Shown: in pieces, positions 1-14,090 of the stretch
Position numbering within the stretch: the first letter of the stretch is position 1
Layout: the number at the start of each line of letters is the position of its first letter
Assembly (NCBI GenBank): GCA_964016885.1
Contig: OZ024758.1
Location: forward strand, 10,106,001 to 10,170,000
Source: Eledone cirrhosa
Taxonomy: Eukaryota
Reading direction: 5' to 3'
Length of the DNA: 64,000 nt
Made by a program: the position numbers and the translations under genes
The notes under the pieces: generated by a model
The model's input: the letters and a program-made list of their open reading frames with translations, nothing else
Databases searched by the model: none
What the model was told of the DNA's origin: nothing

Positions 1-212
1 AAATCAATCATCATTTTCTTATTAAAAAAATGTGTGAAATGCAGCAATGTGCGGGTAATTTGGCTAATATGTTATAAACATTTGAAGATATTTTCTGCTA
101 AATTATTTCAGGATGTCACAGATAAAAACATTAACATGTAATAAAACCTATGGGCATTAATCCTAAATTCACTGGCAATCCTGCTCTACTTAGCTTCGTA
201 TTTCACCTAAGT

Positions 213-420
213 GAAGGCACGTGGCTTAGTGGTTAGTGTTGAGCTCACAATACATTGAGACACTTTATTTTACATTGTTCCAGTTCACTGCCAAGCTGGC
301 ATGTAGAAGGGTGACTGTTATGCATTGGTAACTGATGGTCTTCTACAAACACACCTTGCTCAGCCCTTGGAGGGGAACTTTCTAGAGGCAAAACCATGGT
401 CATTAGTGACCATATGTTTG
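213..420 (+). mobile_element. tRNA-derived CORE-type SINE (family A), internally deleted copy
   Basis: A-box-like TGGCTTAGTGGTTAG head, then AGACACTTTATTTTACATTGTTCCAG, matching the fuller copies at 14211 and 30437. Confidence 0.7.
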
Positions 421-569
421 ATTAAGAGATGGCCTGCGAATTCAGTGTTATTGTTGTAGCAGACCATCTCTGACCTTTTGTTGTCTTAAATAAGTATTTA
501 ACTCCGTTCCTGCGCCAGCCATAGGATTCAACATTAACAATGGGTGAGTTGCATGACAGTGCTTTTCTT

Positions 570-897
570 ACTATTTCGATTTCCATGTGTCTAACACACG
601 TGGACATGCCCACAAAGTAAGAAAACAGCACAGTTCCCATGACTTTCGGAAACATTTTTTCACGCTCAGAGTTGCTGAAGCATGGAACAAACTACCTGCA
701 TCAGTTGTTAGCTGTCGAGACACTGCATCCTTTAAGGCTTCCATGCTTCCCGAGATCCGCCAACAGAACAGCTAACACATACACACATGTACTTCCCTGA
801 CATTTGTGTATTATTCTATGTACTATACATACACCTTTGACGAGTTGTAGTGCACCTGAGCACTTTACACAATAATTTCATTATTATTATTATTATC
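570..897 (+). mobile_element. CR1-clade LINE 3' fragment
   Basis: Translates TRGHAHKVRKQHSSHDFRKHFFTLRVAEAWNKLPASVV...FK, the typical CR1 ORF2 C-terminus; followed by a 3' UTR and (ATT)n tail; the 3' UTR recurs at about 7190-7250. Confidence 0.85.
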
Positions 898-1748
898 AGG
901 TTTAATTAAATGGAATGACCAATTCTATCCATTGGTGAACCAAAATATATACCAATAATGTTTCTCAGTACAAGCTCCATGAAACTTCAGTTCAGAAGAT
1001 CAATCAGAGAAGTTTAAACAATATATAACAAGATATATCAATTGAGAAACTGTTATTCTTTTGTACATATATACAGGACAAATAATGTAAATAAAAATGC
1101 ATACTTCAAGATGTTATAATGGTCTACAATTCCATAGACAGCTGTTTCCAGAAACCAATTATCAATTTTGGTAATAAACATCCTAAGACCTTGATTTCTT
1201 TCATCGATATGGTTCAGTCTTGGCTCTATATATCTCACACTGCACAAAAATACTAGTCATCTGCTCAAGGAATAATTTTTTAAAAGGATCTCCACATGGT
1301 ATTAAAATAATGTTTAATGGAAGGGCAGATATTGTAAGACGGGCCTTAAAAAGTGGTAGAAAGAGCTCCAAGAAAGTCCCATTTAGACAACTCAAACTAA
1401 TTTGGACATATTTTTTAGGCTATTTTGAAGAAGAATGTTTGAAATGATGGAGGCGTGTTTATTCTCAGAAGGGCATCAAAGCTAAACAATGGGTCAGGAA
1501 AACCTTTCAGTTGTATCAGACATGGCAACCTCCTTGGTGTTGGGGACCTACATGATAAACACGTCCAGTACATTCTGTAAAGTGGTTTGTGATAGGAATG
1601 GTATCTTCAGTTGTGTCAAAAACATTACAACCTCCCTAATACTGGACCCACAATAAAATGCACTCGGTAGAGCATAGCAATGGTGCTGACCCCCAGCCCG
1701 TCTGAGCACACATTCAGAGTTTAACGAAAGAGTATTAAAGTTGATGTT

Positions 1749-1935
1749 ATGGGGGTTGGCTGAAAAGTTTATAAGCTGACCAAGATTTCACAGCTCTAGC
1801 ATCACTCTTTCATACATAGTCCCTGGAAAGAAACAGTGCAGTTATTAATAAAATGATTTGAAATTAATACATACAAGACTTCACAGCTCTAGCATGCATC
1901 AATTGTTCATAGTCAGCCAATGAACTTTTCAGCTC
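1749..1935. mobile_element. mariner-type MITE, degenerate copy
   Basis: GGCTGAAAAGTTTATAAGCTGACC...GTCAGCCAATGAACTTTTCAGC ends and the same internal sequence as 59671-59865. Confidence 0.75.
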
Positions 1936-2242
1936 CTGAAAAGCTCCTGGCCCATTTGTGAAGCCAGTAGCTCCATTTGTGTATTGTCTCAGTCTGTGAC
2001 CCATCCAACCCTTACTAGCCAGGAAAATTGATGTTAAAGGATAATAGTGATGTCAAGAGATAGAAAGATATGAATTTCTCATGAAAATCTGCTGAAGATG
2101 ATTATGAAAAGAAGAGCCGAAACAGTGGATATCAAAGTTGTATAGATTAACTGAGGAGTGTGACGACAGATTGCTCATCACAAACTTGGTGCCACATTAG
2201 TGAGTCTTAGTACACGATAGTGTTATTCATAATAATTGACAT

Positions 2243-2450
2243 AGCATGGCTTAGTGGTTAGAGTGCTGGGCCTGCAATCGGAAGGTTGTGAGTTCGGACC
2301 AGGTGATGTGTTATGTCGTTGAGCAAGGCACTTTATTTCACGTTGCTCCAGTTTACTAAGCTGTAGAAATGTGTTGCGGCATAATTGGTGTCAATCTGTA
2401 ATGGCCATCGCTTTTTCGTTGGACAACATTGGTGGTATGGATGTTTAGGC
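2243..2450 (+). mobile_element. CORE-type SINE family A
   Basis: TGGCTTAGTGGTTAGAG head, GAGTTCG B-box-like site, MIR-CORE-like TTGAGCAAGGCACTTTATTTCACGTTGCTCCAGTTTACT. Confidence 0.8.
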
Positions 2451-3216
2451 AGGTGTGGTGTACCACATATATACTAGTCATTAGAAAAACCAAATGAATG
2501 CTTCACCTTTAAAAGCGGGATGACTCAAGAAGAAGATATAGCAGACATTTTATTATTTTCTACAAATGAGTCTCTAATTAATGAGTTAATCTATGAAAAC
2601 AAATCATACTAAAACTAATGCAGGTTGCATTTTGGTCAGACAAAAGGCCTTTTGTTGGTACTGTATTCATGAAACATTAGGCATAGGATAAATTATCTTT
2701 TGAATTTCTTGACAAGAGCAGCCTCAGTTTGACCATTGCCTTGTGAGTGAAATCTGATAACCAGAAACTGTATAGAAGCTTACTAATTATGTAGATGTGT
2801 ATGTTTATATTTACTGTTTGTTTATTCCCCAACAACTTAGCAGTTTGACAAAAAAATAAATAAATACAAGACTTGAAAAAAATAAGTACTATGATCAACT
2901 AAATCCCTCTAAGTTGGTGCCCCAGTATGGCCGTAGTCTAACGACTAAAACCAGTTCAAGAATTGGTGGAGGCCATTTCAACATCTACATTTAGAAATTA
3001 TACAAACATCTCATAATACAATGTTGTCTCTTTTTAAATATTGAACCCAGTCAAAAGAAACTACTGAGCTAACCACTTCTCAAAGTATATAAATATATAT
3101 GCATGCACACACACACACACACACTGAGCTTATTTGATTGTAGGGGATTGTTGAGTTTTTAACTCGACCTTTTGATTTGATATATATGTGTGAGTGAGTG
3201 TGTGTAAGTATATATA

Positions 3217-3393
3217 TTGGCAGTATCGGTAGAGGGTCGGACGCCATGCTTTCCAGCATAGTTACGTCCCTTTACGATCTGAGTTCAAATCCCGCCGAGG
3301 TTGACTTTGCCTTTCATCGTTATGGGGTCGATAAAATAAAGTACCAGTAATCCACTGGGTTATTGCTGGCCTTGTGCCAAAAGTAGAAACAAT
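3217..3393 (+). mobile_element. tRNA-derived SINE family B (~180 bp)
   Basis: TGGCAGTATCGGTAGAG A-box, GAGTTCAAATCCC B-box, GCCTTTCATC..GGGGTCGATAAAATAAAGTACCAG body; more than ten near-identical copies in the window. Confidence 0.85.
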
Positions 3394-4162
3394 TATCATC
3401 ATCACCATTTAATGTCTTATTTTTCCATGGGTCAGACTATATATATATATGGAGAGAGAGAGAGAGAGAGAGAGATTGATAGTCTGTGGTACTGGAACCA
3501 GGAAGACCATAAATGAAAGAAGTACTCAATACATGGTATGATGCAGAGTGGTTATATTAGAAAAAAGTAGAGGATCTGCGAACTCAGCAGTTTCAGCTAG
3601 ATACATCCAGATGTAGCTAGATGAAACCAGTGAGCTCGTGATAGATCCTCTATTTTTACTAACACACACCACACGCGCGCACACAGAGAGAGACAGACAG
3701 ATTCATACATATAAACAGCTGTTGTGAAATACCATAGGACGCCAATAGAATAAGATAAAGGAATGGAATATCCTATTTCTAAATAATAGTTTGATTCTAT
3801 GTAACCTATTGTTGCCATTGTTTATGATTTCGACAAGCAATTGTTTTATCTCTAGTTTAATTACTAAACAAATTAGTCGAGTGAACAACACGAGTTCTTT
3901 ACAAATTCAAACTCAGTACCAATATGCAGATATGTATATATACAATAATGAGTTGGAAAAAATACGTATGTATTATTATCAAGTGATGAACATTTAATGC
4001 GACACAACTGTTCAACTGTTTTGGGTTCAGTGATATCTGATAGGTTACATTCCCAATAAAAGAGTGATAAGAGGTAGGCACGGATACAGCTTTAGTTCAT
4101 AAATTTCGAGTTACTTTTATTTAAATACCTTCTATTATTTGTACTAACTCCCGTGTTGTATG

Positions 4163-4258
4163 GTGAGTTCTCATAATACGAATATTTTTATGTATTTCCC
4201 TCCTCTGTTTTCTTTTGTTTTTTATTGTTGTTGTGTTGTTTTGTTTTGTTTTTCGCAG
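4163..4258 (+). other. candidate 96-bp intron in a possible host 5' region
   Basis: G|GTGAGT donor, long polypyrimidine tract ending TTTTCGCAG, locally more CpG than background; no convincing ORF. Confidence 0.35.
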
Positions 4259-4660
4259 ATGAAGTTAGGCTGGGAAGCAGATTAAAGCAGACATTTTCAA
4301 ATTATTTTTACAACTCGTATTTTCTAAGCATAGTGACAGGAGAGTAATCTCCCTTGAATTTTTCGTCTACGTAGTCATTTAACGTGTACATGTTTCTTAC
4401 TGTTTGTCTTTTAATGGATGGGTTTAGTTTTAATTTGATAGTATGTACAACTTCCTTAATTCATTTTTATAATGACTCTTGGTCTATGTAATGCAAATGA
4501 TCAATAATTTGATATAGTAACCTTCATTTATTTCACCATTGATATATTATAACTGCCATCTGCCATATAATTCTTATAAGCTAAGACCTAGAATTTCGAT
4601 AGACACTCGACTTGCTAGAAATAGTAACCAAATTCTCTCAAAATACACCCAACTGTCTTA

Positions 4661-4822
4661 CGAGGGTCGGCTGAAAAGTTCAAAGGCTTATTTTTCAACA
4701 TAGTCCCTAGAAAGAAACAATGCAGTTATTAATAAGAAGAGTTAAAATTAATGCATACAACATTTCACTGCTCTAGCATCACTCCTCTAAAGTAGGCCTA
4801 TGAACTTTTCATCCCACCCTCG
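4661..4822. mobile_element. mariner-type MITE
   Basis: TA-CGAGGGTCGGCTGAAAAGTTC...GAACTTTTCATCCCACCCTCG-TA: TIRs with TA target duplication. Confidence 0.85.
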
Positions 4823-5279
4823 TAAAACAGAAAAAACACATTGAACAATAAAATTGTAAGTTAAATTGATTTATTCAGACTATTGGCCATTGTACCCTCT
4901 AGTTTTCTTCAGTTGCCTGTCATCTATATACTACTAAACTTCTGTCTTGGTTGTAATTTAATACAACTAAAATGGTGCATAATGGGAAAATACTTTGAAA
5001 GGAAGTTGCCCCTGAAATGGAATAAAACAAGTTTGGCGTAAATCGGCGCATGGGTTCCCGAGATATGGGGTTTTTCCTGGTACCTTCATAAATAGCTAAC
5101 AGGTCCGTGGTAACCAATCAGATCGCTAGCATGCTTCTCCTTGTGTTTCATTTCTGAAAAGCCTCAGTGCAGTCAAGTTAAAAACAGACAGGAAGAGATC
5201 CCTCTTTGCTGTGTAGCCAAAACGGCAAAACAACTAGACTACCATGACCCAACGGGTCATGGATAGTCTAGTATATAAT

Positions 5280-5450
5280 AATTGTTTCTACTTTTGGCAC
5301 AAGGCCAGCAATTACTCAGTACATTACTGGTACTTTATTTTATCGACCCCGTAAGGATGAAAGGCAAAGTTAACCTCGGCGGGATTTGAACTCAGATTGT
5401 AAAGAGACGTAACTACGCTGGAAAGCATCTCCGACCAATATTGCCAATTC
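5280..5450 (-). mobile_element. SINE family B
   Basis: Reverse complement of the 3217-3393 consensus. Confidence 0.85.
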
Positions 5451-6069
5451 ACCTATTCTTGGAATTACTAACTGAACCCTTTATTCAAACCATGAAGGTA
5501 GATTGTTCATATTCTGTTTTACGTGTTTTCCTTATATTTAGTTAGTAGTTACTTGTGATGTTACTTACCTGTTCTGCTCAAACTAAAGTCTATACAAACA
5601 CACAAACCTAGAGATTGAACTCACACATGCCAGAGATTAAATTGCCTATGATATTGTCCTGTAGGATTACTATATAACTGAAATTAGCAGATTTAACCCT
5701 AACATTTCATATGAAATGCGGAGGAGAGGAAGATTATACAAATACCACGGCTACACCGAACACTTCCTTTCCATACCAGTCACCATCGAGACTTCTGATA
5801 GCCAATTGATAATCTATGATTACAATATACAGCTTCCACTGCATGTCTTGGACATTTTAAACCAGGTGCAGCCCATCCTTCTTAAAGTTGAAACACAACT
5901 GATTTCTTCCACAGAGAGAGAAAGAAAGTGATAAAGAGAGATAGAGAAAGAATCAACTGGACTGATGTTTTATTGACCCCTAGAAAGATGAAAGGTAAAG
6001 TTGACCTCAGCAGGATTTGAACTTAGAGTACAGAGAGCTGGAACAAATACCAAATAATTTTAAATTCCA

Positions 6070-6380
6070 TATTTGGTATGGTTTCTATGGCTGGATGCCC
6101 TTCCTAATGACAACCATGTTTCATTGTGGACTGGGTGCTTTTTATCGTAGCACCAAAACAACCACCTAACAGGGTGGACTGGGTGCTTTTGTCATGTCAC
6201 CAGCATAACCACCTTATAGGGTGGACTGGGTGTTTTTTGTCGTGTCACCAGCATGATCACATACCAAAGTAAACTTAGTGCTTTTTGTGTCACCTGCATG
6301 ATCACCTTGTAGGGTGAACTAGGCATGTTTTGTTGTGTCACCAGCACAACCACATTACAGTGTGGACTGTGTGCTTTTAT
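6070..6380 (-). mobile_element. SINE-A 3' region with degenerate ~48-bp tandem units
   Basis: TTTCTATGGCTGGATGCCCTTCCTAATG followed by repeated GTGGACTGGGTGCTTTT..GTCACCAGCA units. Confidence 0.7.
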
Positions 6381-8989
6381 AGTTTTGTATCACTCAACTA
6401 GGATCAATGTCAGTTGTTTCCTATCAAAGGGGATTAAATAGACAGTTTTATAGTTTTGTGTCACTGAAATAGGATCATTCCAGGTGTTTCTTATCAAAGG
6501 GGATAAACAATCAATAATTAATCAGATCCTCACTTAAGTAAATCAATAATCCTTGCATAGTTTCCTTTCTACTCTAACTTGGATTAATTCCTGTTGCTTT
6601 TCATCTATTTATTTCTAGCTTAGTCTATATAAATTGGAAACCTAACAGCTGATGTTAAGACTGAGATTTTCTAGGCTAATAAATTCTAAATGTTATTGAC
6701 TCTAGATGTTTCAATCACAGTTCTGTGACATACGAACTTGACTGAAAAGTTCATAGGCTGACCAAGATACTCTCCACACCCATCCACCATATCATACTTG
6801 TCATTCTGCCTGACACCATAGACAAATGATGTGGGACCATATCATAGACAAATTTGCATCAGTAAAAACAAAGAAAATGCAGATGTAACTTTCATGTATT
6901 GTTTTCAATTAAAAAATTAACAAATGTGATTAGTATTTTTGATCTGATTTTATGGTTATCTGAAAGATGGGTGTCAGAGATTTGAGCTGGGGCACAATTT
7001 CACTGTTTATCATAGGGGCTATTTTCCCTAGTTAAACCTCTCTACCTAAGAACACCCGGTTACCCTGTTGGATAAGGTCTAAGAAAAATTCCATTCCTAT
7101 CCACTCAATTTAGATTTTAACAAAATGTGAACAAAAAAAATGAAAACATCTGTTATTTATTCATCAAAATGACTCGTACACTGTTAATTTTCCTGACATT
7201 TGTACATAATTCTATGTACTATACATGCGCCTTCGATGAGTTGTAGTGCATTCATCAAAATGTGAGAGTTAAAACAATGTTTAAATCTCTGGATAATCTG
7301 TTGATATGACATAAACAAAAGAATGATCATAAGTTGAATAAATGATGTCATGGACTGAATGGTATTTATTCCAACTCATATTTATATATCTCTAAGACAA
7401 AGTTTATAAAGATGTCTGTATGGAGATGAATATTGTGAAGTATTAGATTGAATAAAATAGATTGAGAAGAAAGAATAGAATGTAAAATAAAGAAATTTTT
7501 TTTTTTTTTTTAATGGAAAAGGGAAGGGAAAGGCAAGGGCTTTAGTGTCACAGAAGAGGGGGGGGGGGGGGGGGTGATGGGCTCTGGGCCTAGGGCGCGG
7601 CAGTAATGGGGCTGCACCCCATGGACAATGGCCAGTGACACCTGCTGCACCTTGTCCAGGTCACCATTTATAGCTTTAGTTAAGCTATACTGAAAATAAC
7701 AACAAATGATGTTTTGTTGAAGTGTTGTTTATTGGGTGACAAACATTTATAAAGTGTAAGGAAGAACAATCTACCCCTAAAGTTCAGGTCTTGTTAACTG
7801 CCTAACCAGAATACCCTTCACTGCTGACCAGTTCAATAATCGGTCAACAATAAAGTCCCTTCACTCAACAGTTTAACTTTACAAACTTGTGGCAATGCTC
7901 TACATATGTTTATTTATTGGCCCTGAAAGAAGTAAATGAAAAGTTGATCTTGGTAGGATTTGAACTGAGGACACAGAGAGAGAGTGTGGAATGAAACCAC
8001 AAGACATTCTATCTAACACTCTAATAATTCTGCCAGCTCACCACTTCAGTTCCTGTCAATAAATATTACTAATTCCTTGTTTGCTGAAACTAAATTACTC
8101 TTATAGCAAGATTAAACCAGATTCCATCATTCCAATCAAATTATACAAATCTGATGCAATTCCGGTAAGATTAACTTAATCTGGCTGGTTATTATCAGAG
8201 TTATAAATTCTTACCCGTCTCTCTCTCTCGATAGATAGATAGATAGATTTATTTGCCATAAAGGCGCACAAGAAAAGGGGACGATAAAATAAAGTACCAG
8301 TAATACACTGGGTAATTGCTGGCCTTGTGCCTAACGTAGAAACAATTATTTTCTGACTGGCTACTTCAAGTATCAATAAAACAATACAATAGAAGTGAAA
8401 TGACAGGAAGCCGAAGGTGTAGATAAATTGCAGTAGGGAAAAATATATGTAAACCTACTGTTTGGGTGTGTGTGTGTTTGTGTGTGTGTGTGTCTCTCCT
8501 TAGCTGATCAATGTGCCGAACTGGTATGAAATGTGAGAGCCTGTAAGGCCAGGAGAGAGAGAGTAAAAGGTCTGTAGAAAAATGAATGGGCTGCATCGTT
8601 AACCTCTCACAGACTGCTGCTTCGGGGTCTCTCTGGTGGATTCCCTAAGTACTTGTATTTATAATAACCCTATAGCTAGAAGGATGTGTATATGAGTTGA
8701 TTTATGAGTAGCCATGTGTGTTTCATCCGTCAAGAAGCTGGGATCACAAGTCAAGTGGTATATATGTTTATCATAGTTGTCTCTTGACAGGACAATGGTG
8801 GGAACTCCCAACAATAGGTGGTTTTAGAGGCGAGAACCCTCAGATTCAGTTTCGAATCTTCGCTAGGTAAGACATAGCAGTATTCTGTTACAAACATATG
8901 AAACCTTCAAAATTAAAAGAGCTCTTGAAAAAAATTCATGTCGACAAGACAATTAAATATTTATGTTATTTGGAAACACTTTGAGAACA

Positions 8990-9567
8990 ATTACTGATTG
9001 TTTGCATCGCTCATTATGCCACTTCATTACAGCAATTAACAAAATCAGAAACAATTCTCTCAATTACAGATTATTCAGAGAGTTGTGTGAACAAAACAAT
9101 GAAGAATTTAATCCCTTGGCAGTTCCAAACTGAAGTTCCAAAGATGTCTGTCTGGGTCATTTTCAGAATCTTTGGAACAGCTTTGGAATTCTTCAAATTC
9201 ATGTAAGACAATTTGAAGAAGTTTAAAAGTGATACAGCTTCTACTCTTCTCTTCCAGTAGCAGTGTCTAGCATATCTTGTCCTCCACTCCCTTTATTATT
9301 GTTATAATCTTTGATATATGGCCTTCTTAAAACATACTCTGTTCAAATGTTAAGATGTGGATAATTTTAACAGTTTCTCAGTATTTCTGCACCTGAGGAA
9401 AAATAGGAAATGCCTAATGAGGATCTTTAGATATACTGTTATCATTTGGAGATATAACATAAAGACTTCTTGAACAATTTGAAAATATTCTCACTATGAA
9501 GATTCCAGATTATATTTTAGAACCAACTTCAAGTGTTGAGGAATCAAAAATGCAATTACAAGAATTA
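8990..9567 (+). pseudogene. hAT (Buster/Charlie, ZBED5/8-like) transposase remnant
   Basis: Broken frames give ITAINKIRNNSLNYRLFRELCEQNNEEF, TEV, KKFKSDTA and EQFENILTMKIPDYILEPTSSVEESKMQLQEL; truncated by a MITE at about 9567. Confidence 0.75.
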
Positions 9568-9752
9568 GCTGAAAAGTTCATCGGCCGACTATGAAGGAGT
9601 GAAGCTAGACTTGTGAAATCTTGCATGCATTAATTTCAACTCTTCTTATTAATAACTGTATTGTTGGTTTTTTTCAGGGACTATGTTGAAAAATAAACCT
9701 CATTTGGTTATTCCATGAAAGTATCTTGGTCAACCTATGAACTTTTCAACCA
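9567..9752. mobile_element. mariner-type MITE
   Basis: GCTGAAAAGTTCAT...ATGAACTTTTCAACC ends; opposite orientation to the copy at 4661. Confidence 0.8.
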
Positions 9753-10174
9753 ACAAGAATGACCAGATAGTGATGTCAAACAGGATGACACAGTAAGTTT
9801 AGTACACATAATATAATACCTTTTGTTGCTATATAGTTAAGTAATATTTTGTTTGTTCACTCTTCTTCACACATTTCTACTTCCATTGGACATTGACCAT
9901 ATTTCATATAAACTATTTATGTATTTCATACAAAGGTCAAATAAGCAAACAACCAAGACTCAGATCTATGGATATTATTCTTGATTCTTCTTAATCTCTC
10001 ATATCCATCAATGAGAGATTAACTCTACTGATTCCAGCCAGTAGTAACAGTGGGATATCGTAAATATAATATTGAAGCTATTCAGAAAGTCTTCGGGGAA
10101 GAGGGGGGGGGGGGGGTGAAAGGAAATATATACTGAATTGAAAATGTTTTCCACTTTCAACTTGATTGGAGATA

Positions 10175-10581
10175 TGCCACCACCACCACCACTACCACTA
10201 CCACCTCCACAACCGCCATCACCACCACTACCACTTCCACTACCGCCATCACCACCACCACCACCACCACCACCACTACCACTTCCACTACTGCCATCAC
10301 CACCACCACCACCACTAACATATCCACTACCGCCATCACCACCACCACCACAATCACCACCACCACCACTATCACCACCACCACCACTACCACCATTATC
10401 ACCACTACAACCACCACCACCGCCACTGCCGCCACCTTCACTACTGCCACCATCACCACCACCACTACAATCACCACCACCACCACCAATATCACCACTA
10501 CAACCACCACCACCAATATCACCACTACAACCACCACCACCACCACCACCACCACCACCACCACCACCACCACAACCACCA
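10175..10581. repeat. degenerate (ACC)n microsatellite
   Basis: ACC/ACT/ATC/GCC triplet run; explains the spurious poly-P/G/V ORFs. Confidence 0.95.
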
Positions 10582-10925
10582 CTGGGGTCCCTATCATTCC
10601 ACTGCAAAGTGGTCGTAGAGGTGCCACGGCAAAAAAGCACCCAGCCCACACTGCAAAGTGGTCGTAGAGGTGCCACGGCAAAAAAGCACCAGCCCACACT
10701 GCAAAGTGGACGTGTAGGTGCTACGGCAAAAAAGCACCCAGCCCACACTGCAAAGTGGACGTGGAGGTGCTACGGCAAAAAAACACCCAGCACTCACTGT
10801 AAATGAGGTTGGTGTTAGGAAGGGTATCCAGCTGTAGAAATCAAGCCAGAATCAGTTCCCGTCCCACCCTTGCAAGCAGGGAAAAGTGGACGTAAAATAA
10901 AATGATGAAAATGATGATGAATGAT
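10581..10925 (+). mobile_element. SINE-A 3' half with four ~49-bp internal tandem units and RTE-type (GAT)n tail
   Basis: Repeated CACTGCAAAGTGG..GTAGAGGTGCCACGGCAAAAAAGCACCCAGCC, then GGTGTTAGGAAGGG...CCCGTCCCACCCTTGCAAGCAGGGAAAAGTGGACGTAAAA. Confidence 0.85.
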
Positions 10926-11024
10926 GAAATATAAACTAAGCTTCAAGTTAACAATTTTTACCTTTGATATTCACATCAGAGATGATAATTAGCTATTTTT
11001 TACATCCTTTCTTGCCAAAATATC

Positions 11025-11536
11025 CCGTGTGTATGTGTATGTCTGTATGTGTGTCTGTATCTATGTACATGTATGTATATGTATATCTGAATGCTTCTGT
11101 ATACATATGTGTGTATGTGTATGTGTGCCTATATTTCTTTGTACATGTATGTATGTGTGTGTATGTCTATGTACATGTATATGTATGTATGTATGTCTGA
11201 ATGATTCTGTATACATATGTGTGTATGCCTGTATATTTCTAAGTACATGTGTGTATGTATCTATGTACGTGTACGTGTATGTCTGTATATTTCTATGTAC
11301 ATGTGTGTATGTGTATAGGTGTGTACGTATGTCTATATGCTTCTATATACATGTGTGTGTGTGTATGTCTATACTTCTATGTACATGTATGTATGTGTAT
11401 GTGTGTGCCTGTATACTTCTACGTACATGTGTGTGTGTATGTGTATGTGTGCATGTCTGTATACTTCTATGTACATGTGTGTGTGTATATGTGTATGTGT
11501 GCATGTCTATATACTTTTATGTACATGTGTGTGTAT
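11025..11536. repeat. (TG/TA)-rich compound microsatellite
   Basis: Recurrent TTCTATGTACATGTGTGTG/GTAT motifs. Confidence 0.9.
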
Positions 11537-11618
11537 GATAACAGAAGATGAGATATGTTATAAAAATATGATTTTAATGCTTAAGAATTCCATACATCAA
11601 AGACGATTTTCACATTAT

Positions 11619-11988
11619 CACTTTACATTAAGTACTGGGTGCATTTTATTATGGCACCAATACTACTACTTTACAGAATGTACTAGGTGCATTTTATTAT
11701 GGCACCAATACTACCACTTTACAGAATGTACTAGGTGCATTTTATTATGGCACCAATACTACCACTTTACAGAATGTACTGGGTGCATTTTATTATGGCA
11801 CTAATACTACCACTTTATAGAATGTACTGGGTGCATTTTATCATGACACCAGCACTACCACTTTACAGAGTGAACTAGGTGAATTTTACCATAGCACCTG
11901 CACTATCACTTTACAGAATGTACTGCATACATTTTATCATGGCACCAGCACAAATCACTTTACAGAATGTACTGGGTGCATTTTATCT
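11619..11988. repeat. 48-bp minisatellite, about 8 copies
   Basis: Unit CACTTTACAGAATGTACTAGGTGCATTTTATTATGGCACCAATACTAC; a CpG-poor reverse-complement relative of the SINE-A internal unit. Confidence 0.9.
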
Positions 11989-12771
11989 TTCCTGAAATAC
12001 TCCCAGCTTGTCACCAACCCATGATGCCAGCTTGCATGTTCATTACTCAAGACATCGTTTTATGTTTGGAAAAATTGTTCATGAACTGATTTGTTCGTGA
12101 CGAGAAACGTCTATGAACTGAGGTTCCGCTGTATTTCAATTGTTCACATCTACTGTTATCGGCATCGTTTATCATCATCATTTAATGTCCATCTTCCATG
12201 CTAGCATGGGTAGGACTTATATTTACCAATAAATATATGTTCCCTTTTTCATTTACATTTAAACATACATTCATTCACTATAGTATTATAATGATGTTTC
12301 TATTTTAAACAATAAAACTCACTGCATTGCAGTATTTGAATTGTTAAGTAAGCTTACCTTAGAGAGCCAACTAAGGACATGAGTCTGGAGCAAAGCCAAT
12401 AGTATCATATAAAGACTTATTTCCTTTATTGTTGCCAAGGAACCTCTTAAATATTCTGTATCTATTCTTGGTATTTATATGATTATCAATTTCAGATCGC
12501 AAGTGTCATTTGGTTCTTAGAGCTATTTCTCATCGCCTCCCAACCACACACACACAAACACTACCACCACCACCATCACCAAACCCCAACTGAAATATAA
12601 TCTGTGATGGAGTTATTGAAAATATATTTACTATGTCCCCTTATGAATTACCAATTTTGCAAGAGTTGTGTTAATTATTACCTGGAACTATGAATTTTAC
12701 TTACAAGAAAACTATTAGCCATTGTTCTATATATATATTTATATGTGTGTGTGTGATATTTTCCCTCTCTC

Positions 12772-12997
<226 letters not shown>

Positions 12998-13467
12998 ACT
13001 ATGTCCTCTGGGATATTGGTTTCACATGACTGAAATTATTTATTGATTCTTAAGATGATGAGTGTGAGGAGTAAAGTTAACTATTTGGAGTGAATCAATT
13101 AAATGGAGTCCCATACTACTTGTCTTGTAATCATTTGATCCAGTTGAGATGGAGAAAATAGTGAAGATGCATAACTTTGTGGTTAGGGTGTTGGTTTCAT
13201 AAATGTAAGGTTGCGGGTTCAATTTCTGGTCAGCCTATGAACTTTTCAACCAACCCCTGTAATAAAGAAATTTAGTCTGGTATACTACAATATCTCTTGT
13301 TCCTCTGGCTTTCAGACTGATATCTGTTATTGATTTCTTACATAAGCACAGGGACTTCATCGTTGGTTTTCTTTTTCATCCAAGATATAGCTATTGCATA
13401 TTATACTATGATGACCCATGTTAATAATTGTCTCAAATCTAGAAGCTTTAGTTATAAGACTAACATT

Positions 13468-13792
13468 CATATGTAAAACCTACTAGCAGTGGCTCATTGC
13501 TGGGTGTGTATGGGGGTTTGAACTGTCCCCCCACACAAAATTGTTGTTTAGTCATTTTTGTTGGAACATTATGTATATCAGCACTCCCTAAAATGTTAGG
13601 AGCAATATGCCATATGTAAAACCTACTAGCAGTGGCTCATTGCTGGGTGTGTATGGGGGTTTGAACTGTCCCCTACAAAAATTGTTGTTTAGTCATTTTT
13701 GTTGGAACATTAGTACTTTTTATTGGAACATTATGTATATCAGCACTCCCTAAAATGTTAGGAGCAATATGCCATATGTAAAACCTACTAGC
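13468..13792. repeat. tandem duplication of ~144-161 bp
   Basis: CATATGTAAAACCTACTAGC recurs at about 13468, 13612 and 13773 with near-identical intervening sequence. Confidence 0.9.
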
Positions 13793-14090
13793 CATATAGT
13801 TACATCACATCAACAGGATATTAAAACAACTACTAAATCTATTAGATGAGAAGTTTGAATTTTTTTACTGACATACTTTTTAGATATCTGGCATGACCAT
13901 ATTTATCAGTGAATCAATCAATGGAACAGACATTTGTCTTCGGTTCATCAACTGTCAATAAAACAACATTATGTATTCTTATCAAATACACTGTTACTAG
14001 CTCTGGTGTTTCATTGTAACCACATAATTATCATTGCCTAGACTCTACATGCAGAAGTAGTAAAGATGTCAGCATGGCGTTCAATTATAG

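Noticed and set aside
1053-1447. Short ORFs as host exons
   Set aside because: No recognisable domain or consistent splice signals.
10008-10806. Poly-Pro/Gly/Val ORFs (extensin- or formin-like)
   Set aside because: Open in several frames only because of the (ACC)n microsatellite, and they run into a SINE.
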